Of a stretch of 64,000 bases of DNA, positions 37,201 through 50,901 are shown in pieces. The notes under the pieces are model-generated. The model made no database searches and was not told where the DNA came from. It saw only the letters and a program-made list of their open reading frames with translations. The stretch is from Malacoraja senta (Eukaryota): contig JAXLNO010000051.1 in assembly GCA_038087875.1 (NCBI GenBank), positions 372,001-436,000 on the forward strand. Reading direction: 5' to 3'. A program made the translations under genes and the position numbers. Positions within the stretch are counted from its first letter, which is position 1; the number at the start of each line of letters is the position of its first letter.

Positions 37201-40200
37201 CGGCACACGAAAAGTGACGAACCTTCAGACGCGAAAAGCGACGAAATTTCAGCATACTAAAAGCAACGAAAATTCACCATGCGAAAAGCAACGTAAATTA
37301 AGCACGCAAAAAGTCACGAAACATCAAGACCCTAAAGGCAACAAAAATTAAAAATGTAAATAGCGACGTAAATTCAAGATGCGAAAAGCGACAAAAGTTC
37401 AGTATGCATGAAGCGACAAATTTCGGCACACAAAAGAGACGAACCTTCAGGACGTGAAAAGCGACGAAAATTCAGCATGCAAAAAGTGACGAAATTTCAG
37501 CACACGAAAAGCGACGATCCAGGACGTGAAACGCGACTAAAATTCAGCACGTCAAAAGTGACGAAATTTCAGGACGTGAAAAGCGACGAAATTTCACCAC
37601 ACGAAAAGCACCGAAATTTCAGCTCATAAAAAGCGAAGAAAATTCAGCATGCGGAATACGAGGAAACATCAGGACGCATAAATCGACAACATTTCAGAAC
37701 GTGAAAAGCGACGAAAATTTAGCATGCAAAAAGCGACAAAAATTCAGCATGCGAAAAGCGACGTAATATCAGGTCAAATTAAGCGACGAAATTTCAGGAC
37801 GTGAAAGGCAATGAAATTTCAGGACATGAAAGGCCACGAAATTTCAGCACACGAAAAGCGACGAACCTTCAATACGCGAAAAGCGATGAAAATGAAGCAC
37901 GCAAAAGCGACGGAAATTCAGCATGCAAAAACTAGTTAGGTCTTTATTCTTTGGAGTGCAGGTTAAGAGGGGACATGATAGAGGTCTTTAAATTATGAGC
38001 GGGTTAGCCAGAATGCAAAAATCACCGGAAATTCCGCACGCAAAATGCGATGACATTTCAGAACGTATAAAGTGACGAAAATTCAGGATGCAAAAAGCGA
38101 CGAAAATTCAGCATTCGAAAAGCAACGAACCTTCAAGACGCGAAAAGCGATGAAAATGATGCACGCAAAAAGCGACGAAAATTCAGCATTCAAAAAGCGA
38201 CAAAAATTCAGCAAAAAGCAAAGAAATTTCAGGACGCATAAAGCGAGGAACTTTCAGAACATGAAAAGTGATGAAATTTCAGCACGCAAAAGCGCGGAAA
38301 TTTCAGCACACAAAAAGCGACGAAGTTTCAGAACGTGAAAGGCAATGAAAATTTCAGAACGTGAAAGGCAATGAACACTGAAAGCGACGAAAATTCACCA
38401 TGGAAAAAGCGACGAAAATGCAACACGTGAAAAGTGACGAAATTTCAGAACGTAAAAAGCGACAAAAATTTAGCACGCAAAAAGCAACGAAAATTCAGCA
38501 TGCAAAAAGCGACAAAAATTCAGCACGCGAAAAGCGACGTAATATCACGATGAATAAAGCGACAAAATTTCAGGACGTGAAAGGCGACGAAATTTCAGGT
38601 CGTGAAAGGCGACGAAATTTCAGGACATGAAAGGCGACGAAATTTCAGCCTGTGAAAACGATGAAAATTCAGCACGTGAAGAGCGACGATATTTCAGCAC
38701 ATGAAAAGCGACGAAAATTCAGCACACGAAAAGTGACGAAATTCCAAGATGTGAAAAGCGACGAATTTTCAGCATAATAAATGCGACGAAAATTCACCAT
38801 GCGAAAAGCAACGAAAATTCAGTTCGTGAAAAGTGACAAACCTTCAGGACGCGAAAGGCGACGAAAATTCAAAATGCAAAAAGCAACGTAAATTCAAGCT
38901 GCGAAAAGCGACGTATTATCAGGACAAATAAAGTGTATGAAATTTCGGGACGCATAAAGCGAAGAAATTTCAGAACGTGAAAAGCGGCGAAATTTCAGAA
39001 TGTGAAAAGCGTCGAAATTTCAGCATGCGTAAAGTGACGAAAATTCAGCATGCGAAAAGAGAGGAACCAGGACGCTAAAACCAACGACAATTCAGCAGGG
39101 GTAAAGTGATGAAAATTCAGCACACGAAAAGCGACAACCCTTCAGGACGCAAAAATCTACGGAAATTCCGCACGTGAAATGCGATGAAATTTCAGTACGC
39201 GAAAAGTGACGAACCTTCAGGATGCGAGAAGCGACGAAAATTCAGCATGTAAAAAGTGTCGAAATTTCAGGACTTGAAAAGCGACGAAATATCAGCACAC
39301 GAAAAGCGACGAAAAACCAGCATGCAAAAAGTGACGAAATTTCACAACGTGAAAGGCAAAGAAATGTAAGGACGTGAATAGTGATGAAAATTCAGCATGT
39401 GAAACGTGACGAGATTTCAGGATGTGAATAGCAACGAAATTCAGCATACTAAAAGCGACAAAAATTAACCATGCGAAAAGTGACGAAAATGCAGCACGCT
39501 AAAAGTGACGAAATATCAAGACAGGAAAAGCGACAAAAGTTCAGCACGCAAAAAGTGACGACATTTCAGAACGTGAAAAGCGACGAAAATTAAGCACGCG
39601 AAATGGAACGAAAATTCAGCACGCGAAAAGTGACGAACTTTCAGGACGTGAAAAGCGATGAAATTTCAGCAAGCGGAAAATAGAGGAACCTTCAGGACGT
39701 TAAAACGAACGAAAATTCAGTACGTGTAAAGTGACGAAAATTCAGCACGCGAAAAGCAACATACCAGGACGCGAAATGCGATGGAAATTCCGCACGCGAA
39801 AAGTTACTAAATTTCAGAACGTGAAAAACGACGAAAATTTAGCACGCAAAAAGCGACGAAAATTCAGCATGCAGAATGCGACAAAAATTCAGCACGGGAA
39901 AAGCGACGTAATATCAGGACGAATGAAGCAACGAAATTTCAGGACGTGAAAGGCGACGAAATTTCAGGACATGAAAGGCGACGAAATTTCAGCACGCGAA
40001 AAGCGACGAAAAGTCAGCCTGTGAAAAGTGACGAAATTTCAGACCCTGAAAAGCAACGAAAATTCAGCATGACAAAATGATGACATTTCAGGACGTGTAA
40101 AGCGACGATATTTCAGCATATAAAAGCGACGAAAATTCACCATGCGAAAAGCAACGAAAATTCAGCACGCGTTAAGAGAGGAACCTTAAGGACGGTAAAA

Positions 40201-43200
40201 CCAACGAAAATTCAGCACGTAAAGTGACAAACCAGGACGCGAAAAGCGATGGAAATTCAGCACGCGAAAATTGACTAAATTTCAGTACGTGGAAAGCGAC
40301 GAAAATTTAGCCTGTGAAAAGCGATGAAAATTCAGCACGTGAAAAGTGACGGACCAGGACGCGAAAAGCGACGATAATTCAGCACGTGAAATGTGACGAA
40401 AATTCAGCTTGCGAAAAGTGACAAAAGTTCAGCACATGAAAATTGACGAAATTTCGGGACGTGAAAAGTGGCGCAATATCAGCACACGAAAAGCGACGGA
40501 AATTCCGCACGCGAAAAGTGACTAAATTTCAGAACATGAACAGCGACGAAAATTTAGCATGCAAAAAGCAACGAAATTACAGGAAGCCTAAAGCGACGAA
40601 CTTACAGATCATGAAAAGCGACGAAATTTCAGAACACGAAAAGCGCCAAAAGTTTAGCACACAAAAAGCGACGAAAATTCAGCATGCAAAAAGCGACGAA
40701 ACATAAGGACGCATAAAGCGACGAAATTTCAGGATGTGAAAAGCGACGAAATATCAGCATGCAAAAAGCAAAGAAATTTCAGGACGCATAAAGCGAGGAA
40801 CTTTCAGAACATGAAAAGTGATGAAATTTCAGCACGCAAAAGCGCGGAAATTTCAGCACAAAAAAGCGACGAAGTTTCAGAACGTGAAAGGCAATGAAAA
40901 TTTCAGAACGTGAAAGGCAATGAACACTGAAAGCGACGAAAATTCACCATGGAAAAAGCGACGAAAATGCAACACGTGAAAAGTGACGAAATTTCAGAAC
41001 GTAAAAAGCGACAAAAATTTAGCACGCAAAAAGCAACGAAAATTCAGCATGCAAAAAGCGACAAAAATTCAGCACGCGAAAAGCGACGTAATATCACGAT
41101 GAATAAAGCGACAAAATTTCAGGACGTGAAAGGCGACGAAATTTCAGGTCGTGAAAGGCGACGAAATTTCAGGACATGAAAGGCGACGAAATTTCAGCCT
41201 GTGAAAACGATGAAAATTCAGCACGTGAAGAGCGACGATATTTCAGCACATGAAAAGCGACGAAAATTCAGCACACGAAAAGTGACGAAATTCCAAGATG
41301 TGAAAAGCGACGAATTTTCAGCATAATAAATGCGACGAAAATTCACCATGCGAAAAGCAACGAAAATTCAGTTCGTGAAAAGTGACAAACCTTCAGGACG
41401 CGAAAGGCGACGAAAATTCAAAATGCAAAAAGCAACGTAAATTCAAGCTGCGAAAAGCGACGTATTATCAGGACAAATAAAGTGTATGAAATTTCGGGAC
41501 GCATAAAGCGAAGAAATTTCAGAACGTGAAAAGCGGCAAAATTTCAGAATGGGAAAAGCGTCGAAATTTCAGCATGCGAAAAGAGAGGAACCTTCAGCAC
41601 GTTAAAACCACCGACAATTCAGCAGGGGTAAAGTGATGAAAATTCAGCACACGAAAAGCGACAAACCTTCAGGACGCAAAAATCTATGGAAATTCCGCAC
41701 GCTTAAATGCGATGACATTTCAGAACGTATAAAGTGACGAAAATTCAGCATGCGGAAAGCAAAGAACATTCAAGACATGAAAAGCGATGAAAATTTAGCA
41801 CGCAAAAAGCGACGAAAATTCAGCACGCAAAAAGGCAACGAAATTTCAGGACATAAAAGGCGACAAAAATTCAGCCTGTGAAAAGCGATGAAAATTCATC
41901 ACGCGAAAAGCGATGAACATTCAGCACGTGTAAAATTACGAAATTTCAGAATGTGAAAAGCGACGAAATATCAGAACACGAAAAGCGCCGAAATTTCACC
42001 ACACAAAATCTACGAAAATTCAGCATGAGAAAAGCGACGAAATTACAGGACGCATAAAGCGATTAAATTTTTTAGAACATGAAAAGCGACGATTTTTCAG
42101 AACGTGAACATCGACGAAATTTCAGCACACGAAAAGCGACAAAAATTCAGGACGCTAAAGGCGACAAAAATTACAAATGGCAAAACGACGGAAATTCAAG
42201 AAGCAAAAAGCAAAAACAGTTCAGGATGCATGATGCGACAAAATTTCAGGACACAAAAGTGACAAAAGTTCGGCACACAAAAAGTGACAAACTTTCATTG
42301 ACGCGAAAAGCGACGAAAATTCAGCACGCGAAAAGTGACAAACCTTCAGGACACAAAAAGCGACAACAATTCAGGATGTGAAAAGCGACGATCCTTCAGG
42401 ACGTGAAAAGAGACGAAAATTCAGCACGCCAAAATTGACTAAATTTCAGGACGTGAAAAGCGACAAAATAACAGCACACGAAAAGCGCCGGAATTTAAGC
42501 ACACAAAAAGCGACGAAAATTCAGCATGCGAACAGCGACAATATTACAGGACGCATAAAGCGATGAAATTTGAGAACATGAAAAGTGACGAAATTTCAGC
42601 ACATGGAAAGCGCCGAAATTTCAGCACACAAAAATCGATGAAAATTCAGCATGCGAAGAGTGGCGAAACATCAGGACGCATAAAGCGATGAAATTTCAGG
42701 ACGCGAAAAGCAATGAAACATCAGGACGCATGAAGCGACGACATTTCAGGACATGAAAGGCCACGTACCTTCAGGACACGAAAAGCGACAACCATTCAGC
42801 ACGTGGAAAGTGACGAACCTTCAAGACGAGAAAAGCAACAAAAATTCAGCACGCAAAAAGGGACGAAATTTCAGAACGTGAAAAGCGAAGAAAATTCAGC
42901 AGGCGAAAAGCGACGAAAACTCAGCACACGAAAAGTGACGAAATTTCAGGACGTGAAAAGCGATGAGATTTCAGCATACTAAAAGCGACAAATACTCAGC
43001 TCGTGAAAAGTGACAAAACTTCAGGACGCGAAAAGCGACGAAAATTCAGCAGCCGAAAAGTGACGAACCTTCAGGACATGAAAAGCGACAATAATTCAGC
43101 ATGTGAAAAGCAACGATCCTTCAGGACGTGAAAAGCGGCGAAAATTCAACACGCCAAAAGTGACAAAATTTCAGGACGTGGAAAGCGACAAAATATCAGC

Positions 43201-46200
43201 ACAAGAAAAGCGCCGAAATTTCAGCACGCGAAAAGCGACGAAAATTCAGTACCCGAAAAGTGACGGAATTTCAGGATGTGAAAAGCGACGAAATTTCAGC
43301 ATACTAAAAGCGAGGAAAATTCACCGTGCGAAAAGCGACAGAGATGCAGCACACCAAAAGTGACGAAATTTCAGGACGTGAAAAGTGACGAAATATCAGC
43401 ACACGAAAGCGTCGAAATTTAAGCACGCAAAAAGCGACGAAAATTCAGCATGCAAAAAGCGACGAACTTACAGGAAGCATAAAGCGACGAAATTTCAGAA
43501 CATGAAAAGCGACGAAATTTCAGCACACGAAAAGCGCCGAAATTTCAGCACACAAAAAGCGACGAAAATTCAGCATGCAAAAAGCGACGAAACATAAGGA
43601 CGCATAAAGCGACGAAATTTCAGAACGTGAAAAGCGGAGAAATTTCATAATGTGAAAACCGGCGAAATTTCAGCATGCGAAAAGCGATGAAAATACAGCA
43701 CGCAAAAAGAGAGGAACCTTCAGGACGTTAAAACCAACGACAATTCAGCAGGCGTAAACTGATGAAAATTCAGCTCGCGAAGCGCGACAAACCATCAGGA
43801 CGCAAAAAGCTATGGAAATTCCGCACGCGAAATGTGATGAAATTTTAGAATGTAAAAATTGTCGGGAATTTAGCACGCGAAAAGCGATGAAAATTCAGCA
43901 TGCGAAAAGCGACGAACCTTCAAGACGCGAAATGCGATGAAATTGAAGCACGCAAAATGCGACGAAAATTCAGCATTCAAAAACGACAAAAATTCAGCAC
44001 GTGAAAAGCGATGTAATATCAAGACAAATAAAGTGTATGAAATTTCAGGACGTGAAAGGTGACGAAATTTCAGGACATGAAAGGCGACGAAATTTCAGCA
44101 CGCGAAAAGCGAGAAAAATTCAGCATGCGGAAAGCGATGAACCTTCAAGACGTGAAAAGCGATGAAAATGTAGCATGCAAAAAGTGACGAAAATTCAGCA
44201 TGCAAGGCAACGAAATTTCAGGACATGAAAGGCAACGAAATTTCAGCCTGTGAAAAGCAATAAAAATTCAGCATGAGAAAAGCGATGAACATTCAGCACG
44301 TGTAAAATGATGAAATTTCGGGATTTGAAATGCGACCAAACATCAGTACACGAAAGCGCCGAAATTTCAGCACACAAAATCGACGAAAATTCAGCATGTG
44401 AAGAGCGGCGATACATCAGGATGCATAAAGCGACGAAATATCAGGATGCAAAAAGTGATGATGCATCAGGACGCATGAAGCGACGAAATTTTAGGACATG
44501 AAAGGCGACGAACCTTCAGGACACGAAAAGTGACAACAATTCAGCATGTGGAAAGTGACAAACTTTCAGGACGAGAAAAGTGACGAAAATTCAGCAGCTG
44601 AAAAGTGACGAACCTTCAGGACATGAAAAGCGACAACAATTCAGAATGTGAAAAGCGGCAATCCATCAGGACGTGAAAAGCGACGAAAATTCAGCACACA
44701 AAAAGTGACTCAATTTCAGGACGTGAAAAGCGACAAAATATCAGCACATGAAAAACGCCAAAATTTCAGCACGCGAAAAGCGACGAAAATTCAGCACCCG
44801 AAATGTGACATTTCAGGACGTGAAAAACGACGAAATTTAAGCATACTCAAAGCGATGAAAATTCACCTTGCGAAAAGCGACGAAAATGCAGCACACCTAA
44901 AGTGAGGAAATTTCAGGACGTAAAAAGCGACGAAATATCAGCACATGAAAATCGACGAAAATTCATCATGCGAAAAGCGATGAAACATCAGGACGCATGA
45001 AGCAATTAAATTTCAGGACATGAAAGGCGACGAACCTTCAGGACAATAAAAGCGACAACAATTAAGCTCGTGGAAAATGACAATCCAGGACGTGAAAAGC
45101 GACAAAAATTAAGCACGCAAAAAGGGACGAAATTTCAGAACGTGAAAAGCGAAGAAAATTCAGCACGCGAAAAGCGACGAAAACTCAGCACACGAAAAGT
45201 GACGAAATTTCAGCACATGAAAAGCAATGAATTTCAGCATACTAAAAGCGGCGAAAATTCAGCTCACAAAAAGTGACGAACCTTCAGGACGCGAAATGCG
45301 ACGAAAATTCTGCACACAAAAAGTGACTAAATTTCAGAACGTGAAAAGAGACAAAATATCAGCACACGAAAAGCGCCAAAATTTCAGCACGTGAAAAGCA
45401 ACGAAAATTCAGCACCTGAAAAGTGACAACATTTCAGGACACGAAAAGCGGGGGAATTTCAGCACACAAGAAGCGACGAAAATTCAGCATGCAAAAAGCG
45501 ACGAACTTACAGGAAGCAAAAAGCAACGAAATTTCAGAACATGAAAAGCGCCGAAATTTCAGCACACAAAAAGCGACGAAAATTCAGCATGCAAAAAGCC
45601 ATGAAACATAAGGACGCATAAAGCGACGAAATTTCAGAACGTAAAAAGCGGCGAAATTTCAGAATGTGAAAAGCTGCGTAATTTAAGCATGCAAAAAGGG
45701 ACGAAAATTCCGCACGCGAAAAGAGAGGAACCTTCAGGACATTAAAACCAATGACAATTCAGCAAGCAGTGATGAAAATTCAGCTCATGACGATCGACAA
45801 ACCTTCAGGACGCAAAAAGCTACGGAAATTCCGCACATGAAATGTGATCAATTTTCAGAACATAAAAATTGACGGAAATTTAACACGCGAAAAGCGGCGA
45901 AAATTGAGCATGTGAAAAGCGACGAACCTTCAAGACGCGAAATGCGATGAAGTTGAAGCATGCAAAAAGCGATGAAAATTCAGCATTCAAAAAGTGACAA
46001 AAATTCTGCATGCGAAATGCGACATAATATCAGGACAAATAAAGTGTATGAAATTTCAGGACGTGAAATGCAACGAAATTTCAGGACATGAAAGGAGACG
46101 AAATTTCAGCACGCGAAAAGCCAGAAAAATTCAGCATGCGGAAAGCGACGAACCTTCAAGACGTGAAAAGCAATAAAAATGTAGCACGCAAAAAGCGACG

Positions 46201-47522
46201 AAAATTCAGCATGCAAAAAGGCGACGAAATTTCAGCCTGTGAAAAGTGATGAAAATTCAGCACAAGAAAAGCGACGAACATTCAGCATGTGTAAAATGAC
46301 TACATTTCTGAACGTGTAAAGCGACGAAATATCAGAACACGAAAAGCACCGAAATTTCAGCACACAAAATCGACGAAAATTCAGCATGCGAAAAGCAACG
46401 AAATTACAGGATGCATAAAGCGATCAAATTTCAGAACATGAAAAGCGACGATTTTTCAGAACGTGAAAAGCGACGAAATTTCAGCACACAAAAATCGACG
46501 GAATTTCAGGATGCGAAAAGCGATGAAACATCAAGACGCATGAAGCGATGGAATTTTAGGACATGAAAGGCGACGAATCTTCAGGACACGAAAAGTGCCA
46601 ACAATTATGCACGTGGAAAGTGACGAACCTTCAGGATGTGAAAAACGACAAAATTTCAGCACGCAAAAAGGGACGATATTTCAGAACGTGAAAAGCGAAG
46701 AAAATTCAGCACGCAAAAAGCGACGAAAACTCAGCACATGAAAAGTGACGAAATTTCAGGACGTGAAAAGCGATGAAATTTCAGCATACTAAGAGCGACG
46801 AAAATTCAGCTCGCGAAAAGTGACGAACGTTCAGGACGTGAAAAGCGACGAAAGTTCAGCAGCCGAAGTGACATACCTTCAGGACATGAAAAGTGACAAC
46901 AATTCAACATGTAAAAAGCGACGGTACATCAGGACGCAAAAAGCGAAGAAAATTCAGCGTGCAAAAAGTGACGAAAATTCAGGACGCGAAAGGCGACGAA
47001 AATTCAAAATGCCAAAAGCGACATAAATTCAAGAAGCGAAAAGCAACCAATGTTCAGGATGCATGATGCGACAAAATTTCAGGACACAAAAGCGACAAAA
47101 TTTCGGCACAAAACTTTCAAGACATGAAAAGCGACGAAAATTCAGCACGCGAAAATTGACGAAACTTCAGGACACAAAAAGCGATAACAATTCAGGATGT
47201 GAAAAGCGACGATCCTTCAGGATGCGAAAAGCGATGAAAATTCAACACGCCAAAAGGACTAAACTTCAGGACGTGCAAAGCGACAAAGTAACAGCACACA
47301 ATAAGCGCCGAAATTTCAGCACACAAAAAGCAACGAAAATTCAGCATGCGAATAGCGACGAAATTACAGGACGCATAAAGCGATGAAATTTCAGAACATG
47401 AAAAGCGACGAAATTTCAGCATGAGAAGAGTGACGAAACATCAGGACGCATAAAGCGACAAAACTTCAGGACGCGAAAACGACGAAAATTCAGTACGCCA
47501 AAGTGACTAAATTTCAGGACGT
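34286..47522. repeat. 25-bp satellite, consensus about GAAAAGCGACGAAA(A/T)TTCAG(C/G)ACG(C/T)
   Basis: Continuous diverged 25-mers with local block duplications. Confidence 0.95.
37932..38012 (+). mobile_element. 81-bp internal CR1 fragment inside the satellite
   Basis: Reads LGLYSLEC..LRGDMIEVF, like the CR1 ORF2 C-terminus; no tail; ATGCAAAAA on both sides. Confidence 0.6.
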
Positions 47523-48005
47523 TGTGAGGGACAGAATGATTAAACCGGCACCATTCATTGTGAGGGACTGAATGATTAAACCGCCACCGTCCTTGAGCAC
47601 CCGTGATAACATTGTACCAAGGCAGAAAGAGATAACGGATGCAACTGTAAACACAAGAAACTGGGTCAGGGGAATAGTTAGTGCGCGTGCTTAATGAAGG
47701 AAATGAATATTACTTATACACCCCTGATCGAAAAATTGCTATTTACCATGAACATGCGATGTATGATCTGGGGGGTGCTGCGGGTGGTGCGGGAAGATTG
47801 TGCACCTCAGTGATCCGATTGGAAGGAGCCTGAAGGGGAGGCCAACTCAGCAGAATTGTGTGTATAAAGGGGTTTTAATTTCTTGAATCGGTGTGTCTCG
47901 GTTTGGAGAGGCACCCGACTCTGCAGACACGCAAATAAAAGCATTTCTTGTTTCCACGACTTTGTCCCTGGCATCGTGATTGTGGGCACTGAAACACATC
48001 TCACA
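47523..48005 (+). promoter_or_regulatory. Provirus 5' LTR (483 bp)
   Basis: TGTGAG...CTCACA; TATAAA near 47863; AATAAA near 47934; matches 60380-60860. Confidence 0.95.
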
Positions 48006-48009
48006 AGCT

Positions 48010-48027
48010 TGGGGGCTCGTCCGGGAT
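48010..48027 (+). promoter_or_regulatory. Primer-binding site, tRNA-Pro
   Basis: TGGGGGCTCGTCCGGGAT, the canonical MLV-type Pro PBS, 4 nt after the LTR. Confidence 0.92.
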
Positions 48028-48290
48028 CGTCACTTCGGCCGCTCGGCGGGGCTACGGAAGGAAGAGAAGGTGCACCCTGCTGATTTCAGCAGTCTCTGAA
48101 ATCCTTGCTTGCCGTCAGCGGTTTGAGCGAGTGATATCCGGACAAGAGACTCTGGAAACAAGAGGGAATCCTGAGTAAGGAAGGGATCGATCGAGCAATT
48201 CCTGTGCACAGGACCCGGGTAAGAAAACTGACTATCTAGTATTACTCGGGCGATTGGGTTCTGTCGTACGGGTAAGGTCGGACAGGGAGG

Positions 48291-49922
48291 ATGGGTAACC
48301 AATGTGTTAAGAATAATGACCTCGGAGAGGTTAAGAAAAAGGGACCGGAGGAAGAGGGTCCTAACATTCCGCCCGATATTCCGTTGTTGCGAATGTTGCA
48401 ATCTTGGGGAGAAGGAAACACCGGAGGTAAGAATAAGGAGACTATGATTAAGTTTAGTTATTTTGAGTGGCCAAAAGAACCGATAAGAGGGAGTTCAGTC
48501 TGGTGGCCGAGACTGGGCTCTGATGAAGATTGGGTGCGACAGACACTCAAAGAATTTGTGAATTCAAAATGTTCACCCAGTCTGAAGGAAAGTGATTATG
48601 CGGGTTGTTGGGTTCCCCAGGTCCGTTTACAAAAGGTGTCAGGTAAACCAGAACCCGAAGCTCCTCAATGGGACCCTTTGGTACACTGGCCACCACCATA
48701 CGTCCCACAGCCTCCCGATAACCTACCCGGACCGCCGCCCCAACCTGCGGCACAAGCTGTAGGAGTACAGAGAGCAGAAGGACAGGGGGCAGCTGGAGAT
48801 GGTCGCGCAAGGGGGACAGCGGAGCCTCTAGCAACCCGTAGCAAAACTAGACAACTTACAGCCCGGGTTAATGTCATGAGTACGGCGCCGGAACCCGACA
48901 CTACAACTGCATTTCCCTTAAGGGTGGTCCCCATGGGTGGGGCAGACGGGAGATTAGGATTTGTAAATGTTCCCTTAACTAGTACAGAGGTCATGAACTT
49001 TAAAAAGGAGATGAAAAATCTGCTGGAAGATCCCCTGGGGTTGGCGGAACAACTTGACCAGTTCTCGGGCCCAAACACATATACCTTGGACGGTCTGATG
49101 TCCATTATGGGAAATCTTTTCTCCTCCGAGGAAAGACAGATGTGTTTGGATATAGATAAGCTAGGTGAGTGGACAACAACTTGGCAGATGAAATTTAATG
49201 CTAATAAATGTGAAGTCATTCACTTTGGGGAAAAAAATGATAGGGCAAGTTATTTTCTAAATGAGGTGGAGCTGCGTTGTAATGCAACGCAAAGGGATCT
49301 AGGGGTAGTAGTACATGAATCACTAAAAGTTAGTATGCAGGTGCAGCAAGCAATCAGGAAGGCCAATGGAGTTTTGGCCTTTATTGCTAGGGGGATTGAG
49401 TATAAAAACACGGAGGTCTTGCTGCAGCTGTACACAGTATTAGTGAGACCACATTTGGAATACTGTGTACAGTTCTGGGGTCCATACTTAAGAAAGGATG
49501 TACTGGCCCTGGAGGCAGTGCAGCGAAGGTTTACAAGATTAATTCCTGCAATGAGGGGATTGACATATGAGGAAAGGTTAAGTAGGCTGGAACTCTACTC
49601 TTTAGAGTTTAGAAGAATGAGAGGCGATCTCATTGAAACATATAAGATCGTGAGGGGCCTTGATCGGGTGGATGCACCGAGGATGTTCCCAATGATCGGG
49701 GAAACTAGAACTAGGGGACATAGTTGTAGAATAAGAGGGGGCTCTTTTAAAACTGAGATGAGGAAGAACTTCTTCACCCAGAGGGTGGTTAATTTATGGA
49801 ATTCACTGCCCCAGGGAGCAGTGGAAGCAGAAACATTAAATATATTTAAGTCTAAAATAGATGTTTTTTTAGCTGCCAAGGGGATAAGGGGCTACGGGGA
49901 GAGGGCAGGGATATGGACCTAG
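48291..49922 (+). CDS. Chimeric open frame: Gag N-terminal 284 aa fused to CR1 ORF2 C-terminal ~259 aa
   Basis: Uninterrupted 543-aa ORF with junction ...EERQM|CLDIDKLGEW...; expression unknown. Confidence 0.45.
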   Translation: MGNQCVKNNDLGEVKKKGPEEEGPNIPPDIPLLRMLQSWGEGNTGGKNKETMIKFSYFEWPKEPIRGSSVWWPRLGSDEDWVRQTLKEFVNSKCSPSLKESDYAGCWVPQVRLQKVSGKPEPEAPQWDPLVHWPPPYVPQPPDNLPGPPPQPAAQAVGVQRAEGQGAAGDGRARGTAEPLATRSKTRQLTARVNVMSTAPEPDTTTAFPLRVVPMGGADGRLGFVNVPLTSTEVMNFKKEMKNLLEDPLGLAEQLDQFSGPNTYTLDGLMSIMGNLFSSEERQMCLDIDKLGEWTTTWQMKFNANKCEVIHFGEKNDRASYFLNEVELRCNATQRDLGVVVHESLKVSMQVQQAIRKANGVLAFIARGIEYKNTEVLLQLYTVLVRPHLEYCVQFWGPYLRKDVLALEAVQRRFTRLIPAMRGLTYEERLSRLELYSLEFRRMRGDLIETYKIVRGLDRVDAPRMFPMIGETRTRGHSCRIRGGSFKTEMRKNFFTQRVVNLWNSLPQGAVEAETLNIFKSKIDVFLAAKGIRGYGERAGIWT

Positions 49923-50257
49923 GTATGGTTAGTATAGTAAGACCTGAGTGATCTCCTGGACAAGTGTCGATCGCCTGGATTGGGGTCGGAGAGGAATTTC
50001 CCGGATTTTTTTCCCGAATTGGACCTGGGTTTTTATCCGGTTTTTTGCCTCCCCCAGGAGATCACGCGGTTCTTGGGGTGGAGAGGGGTGATAGCGATAT
50101 AAAGGGGAGGGTAGTGTCTTGTGTTCTGTGTCTTGTGTCTACTGTTTGTGGGTAAGGGTGTCTGTTTAGTGTTCAGCCATGAGCGAATGGCGGTGCGGGC
50201 TCGATGGGCCTGGTGGTCTACTCTCGCACCTACTTTCTATGTTTCTATGTTTCTATG
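49143..50257 (+). mobile_element. 5'-truncated CR1 LINE inserted in gag
   Basis: WQMKFN, RDLGV, RPHLEYC, RVVNLWNSLP; (TTTCTATG)n tail; gag rejoins as CAG ATG|ATC AGA (QMIR). Confidence 0.92.
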
Positions 50258-50901
50258 ATCAGACAGGCCGGAATTAAAATCTGGGAGCGACAGCAGGGAG
50301 AGGGGGCAGGAGCTGCTGTAGGGGGGGGTGTGAAGTACCCGATTGCCATGCCCAATTGGGACAAATAAACTGAAGAGGGCCGAAAAAACATGAGAGACCT
50401 CCGAGCAATAATAATAAAAGGAATAAGGGAGGCAGTGCCTAAGGGACAAAATGTTGAGCGAGCTAGGGATTGACCCGGACTCCGATGGTGGGCAACAACT
50501 CCTAAGGGCGAATTTCATGACTAAATCCTGGCCCGATGTCCGAAAGAAATTAGAGAAAATAGAGGATTGGAATGAGAGGCCATTGAACCAAATATTGACA
50601 TAGGCACAGAAAGTGTATTGCGGCAGGACGAGGAAAAACAGAAGGGAAAAGCCAAAATAATGATGCAGGCGGTAAAGCAAGTGGTTGGGCAGGAAGAGAA
50701 TGTGAGAGACGAAAAGAGACCTATCAAGGAATGGGAAGGGGAAGGGGCAGAATGGGAGACGAGGGAAGAGACATGGGTCGCGATCGAGCATGGAGAACAG
50801 GACCTTCCAGGTGTTATCACTGCAATGAGGAAGGACACTTCAAAAGGGAATGTCCTAGATTGTGGAGAGAAGTTCAGTCGTATGCCCTGATGGAAGAGGA
50901 A

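Noticed and set aside
34286..47522. CENP-B box in the 25-bp satellite
   Set aside because: TTCG is present on the minus strand but the downstream A..CGGG positions do not match
48010..48027. tRNA-Pro gene
   Set aside because: Only the 18-nt complement of the tRNA 3' end, i.e. a PBS
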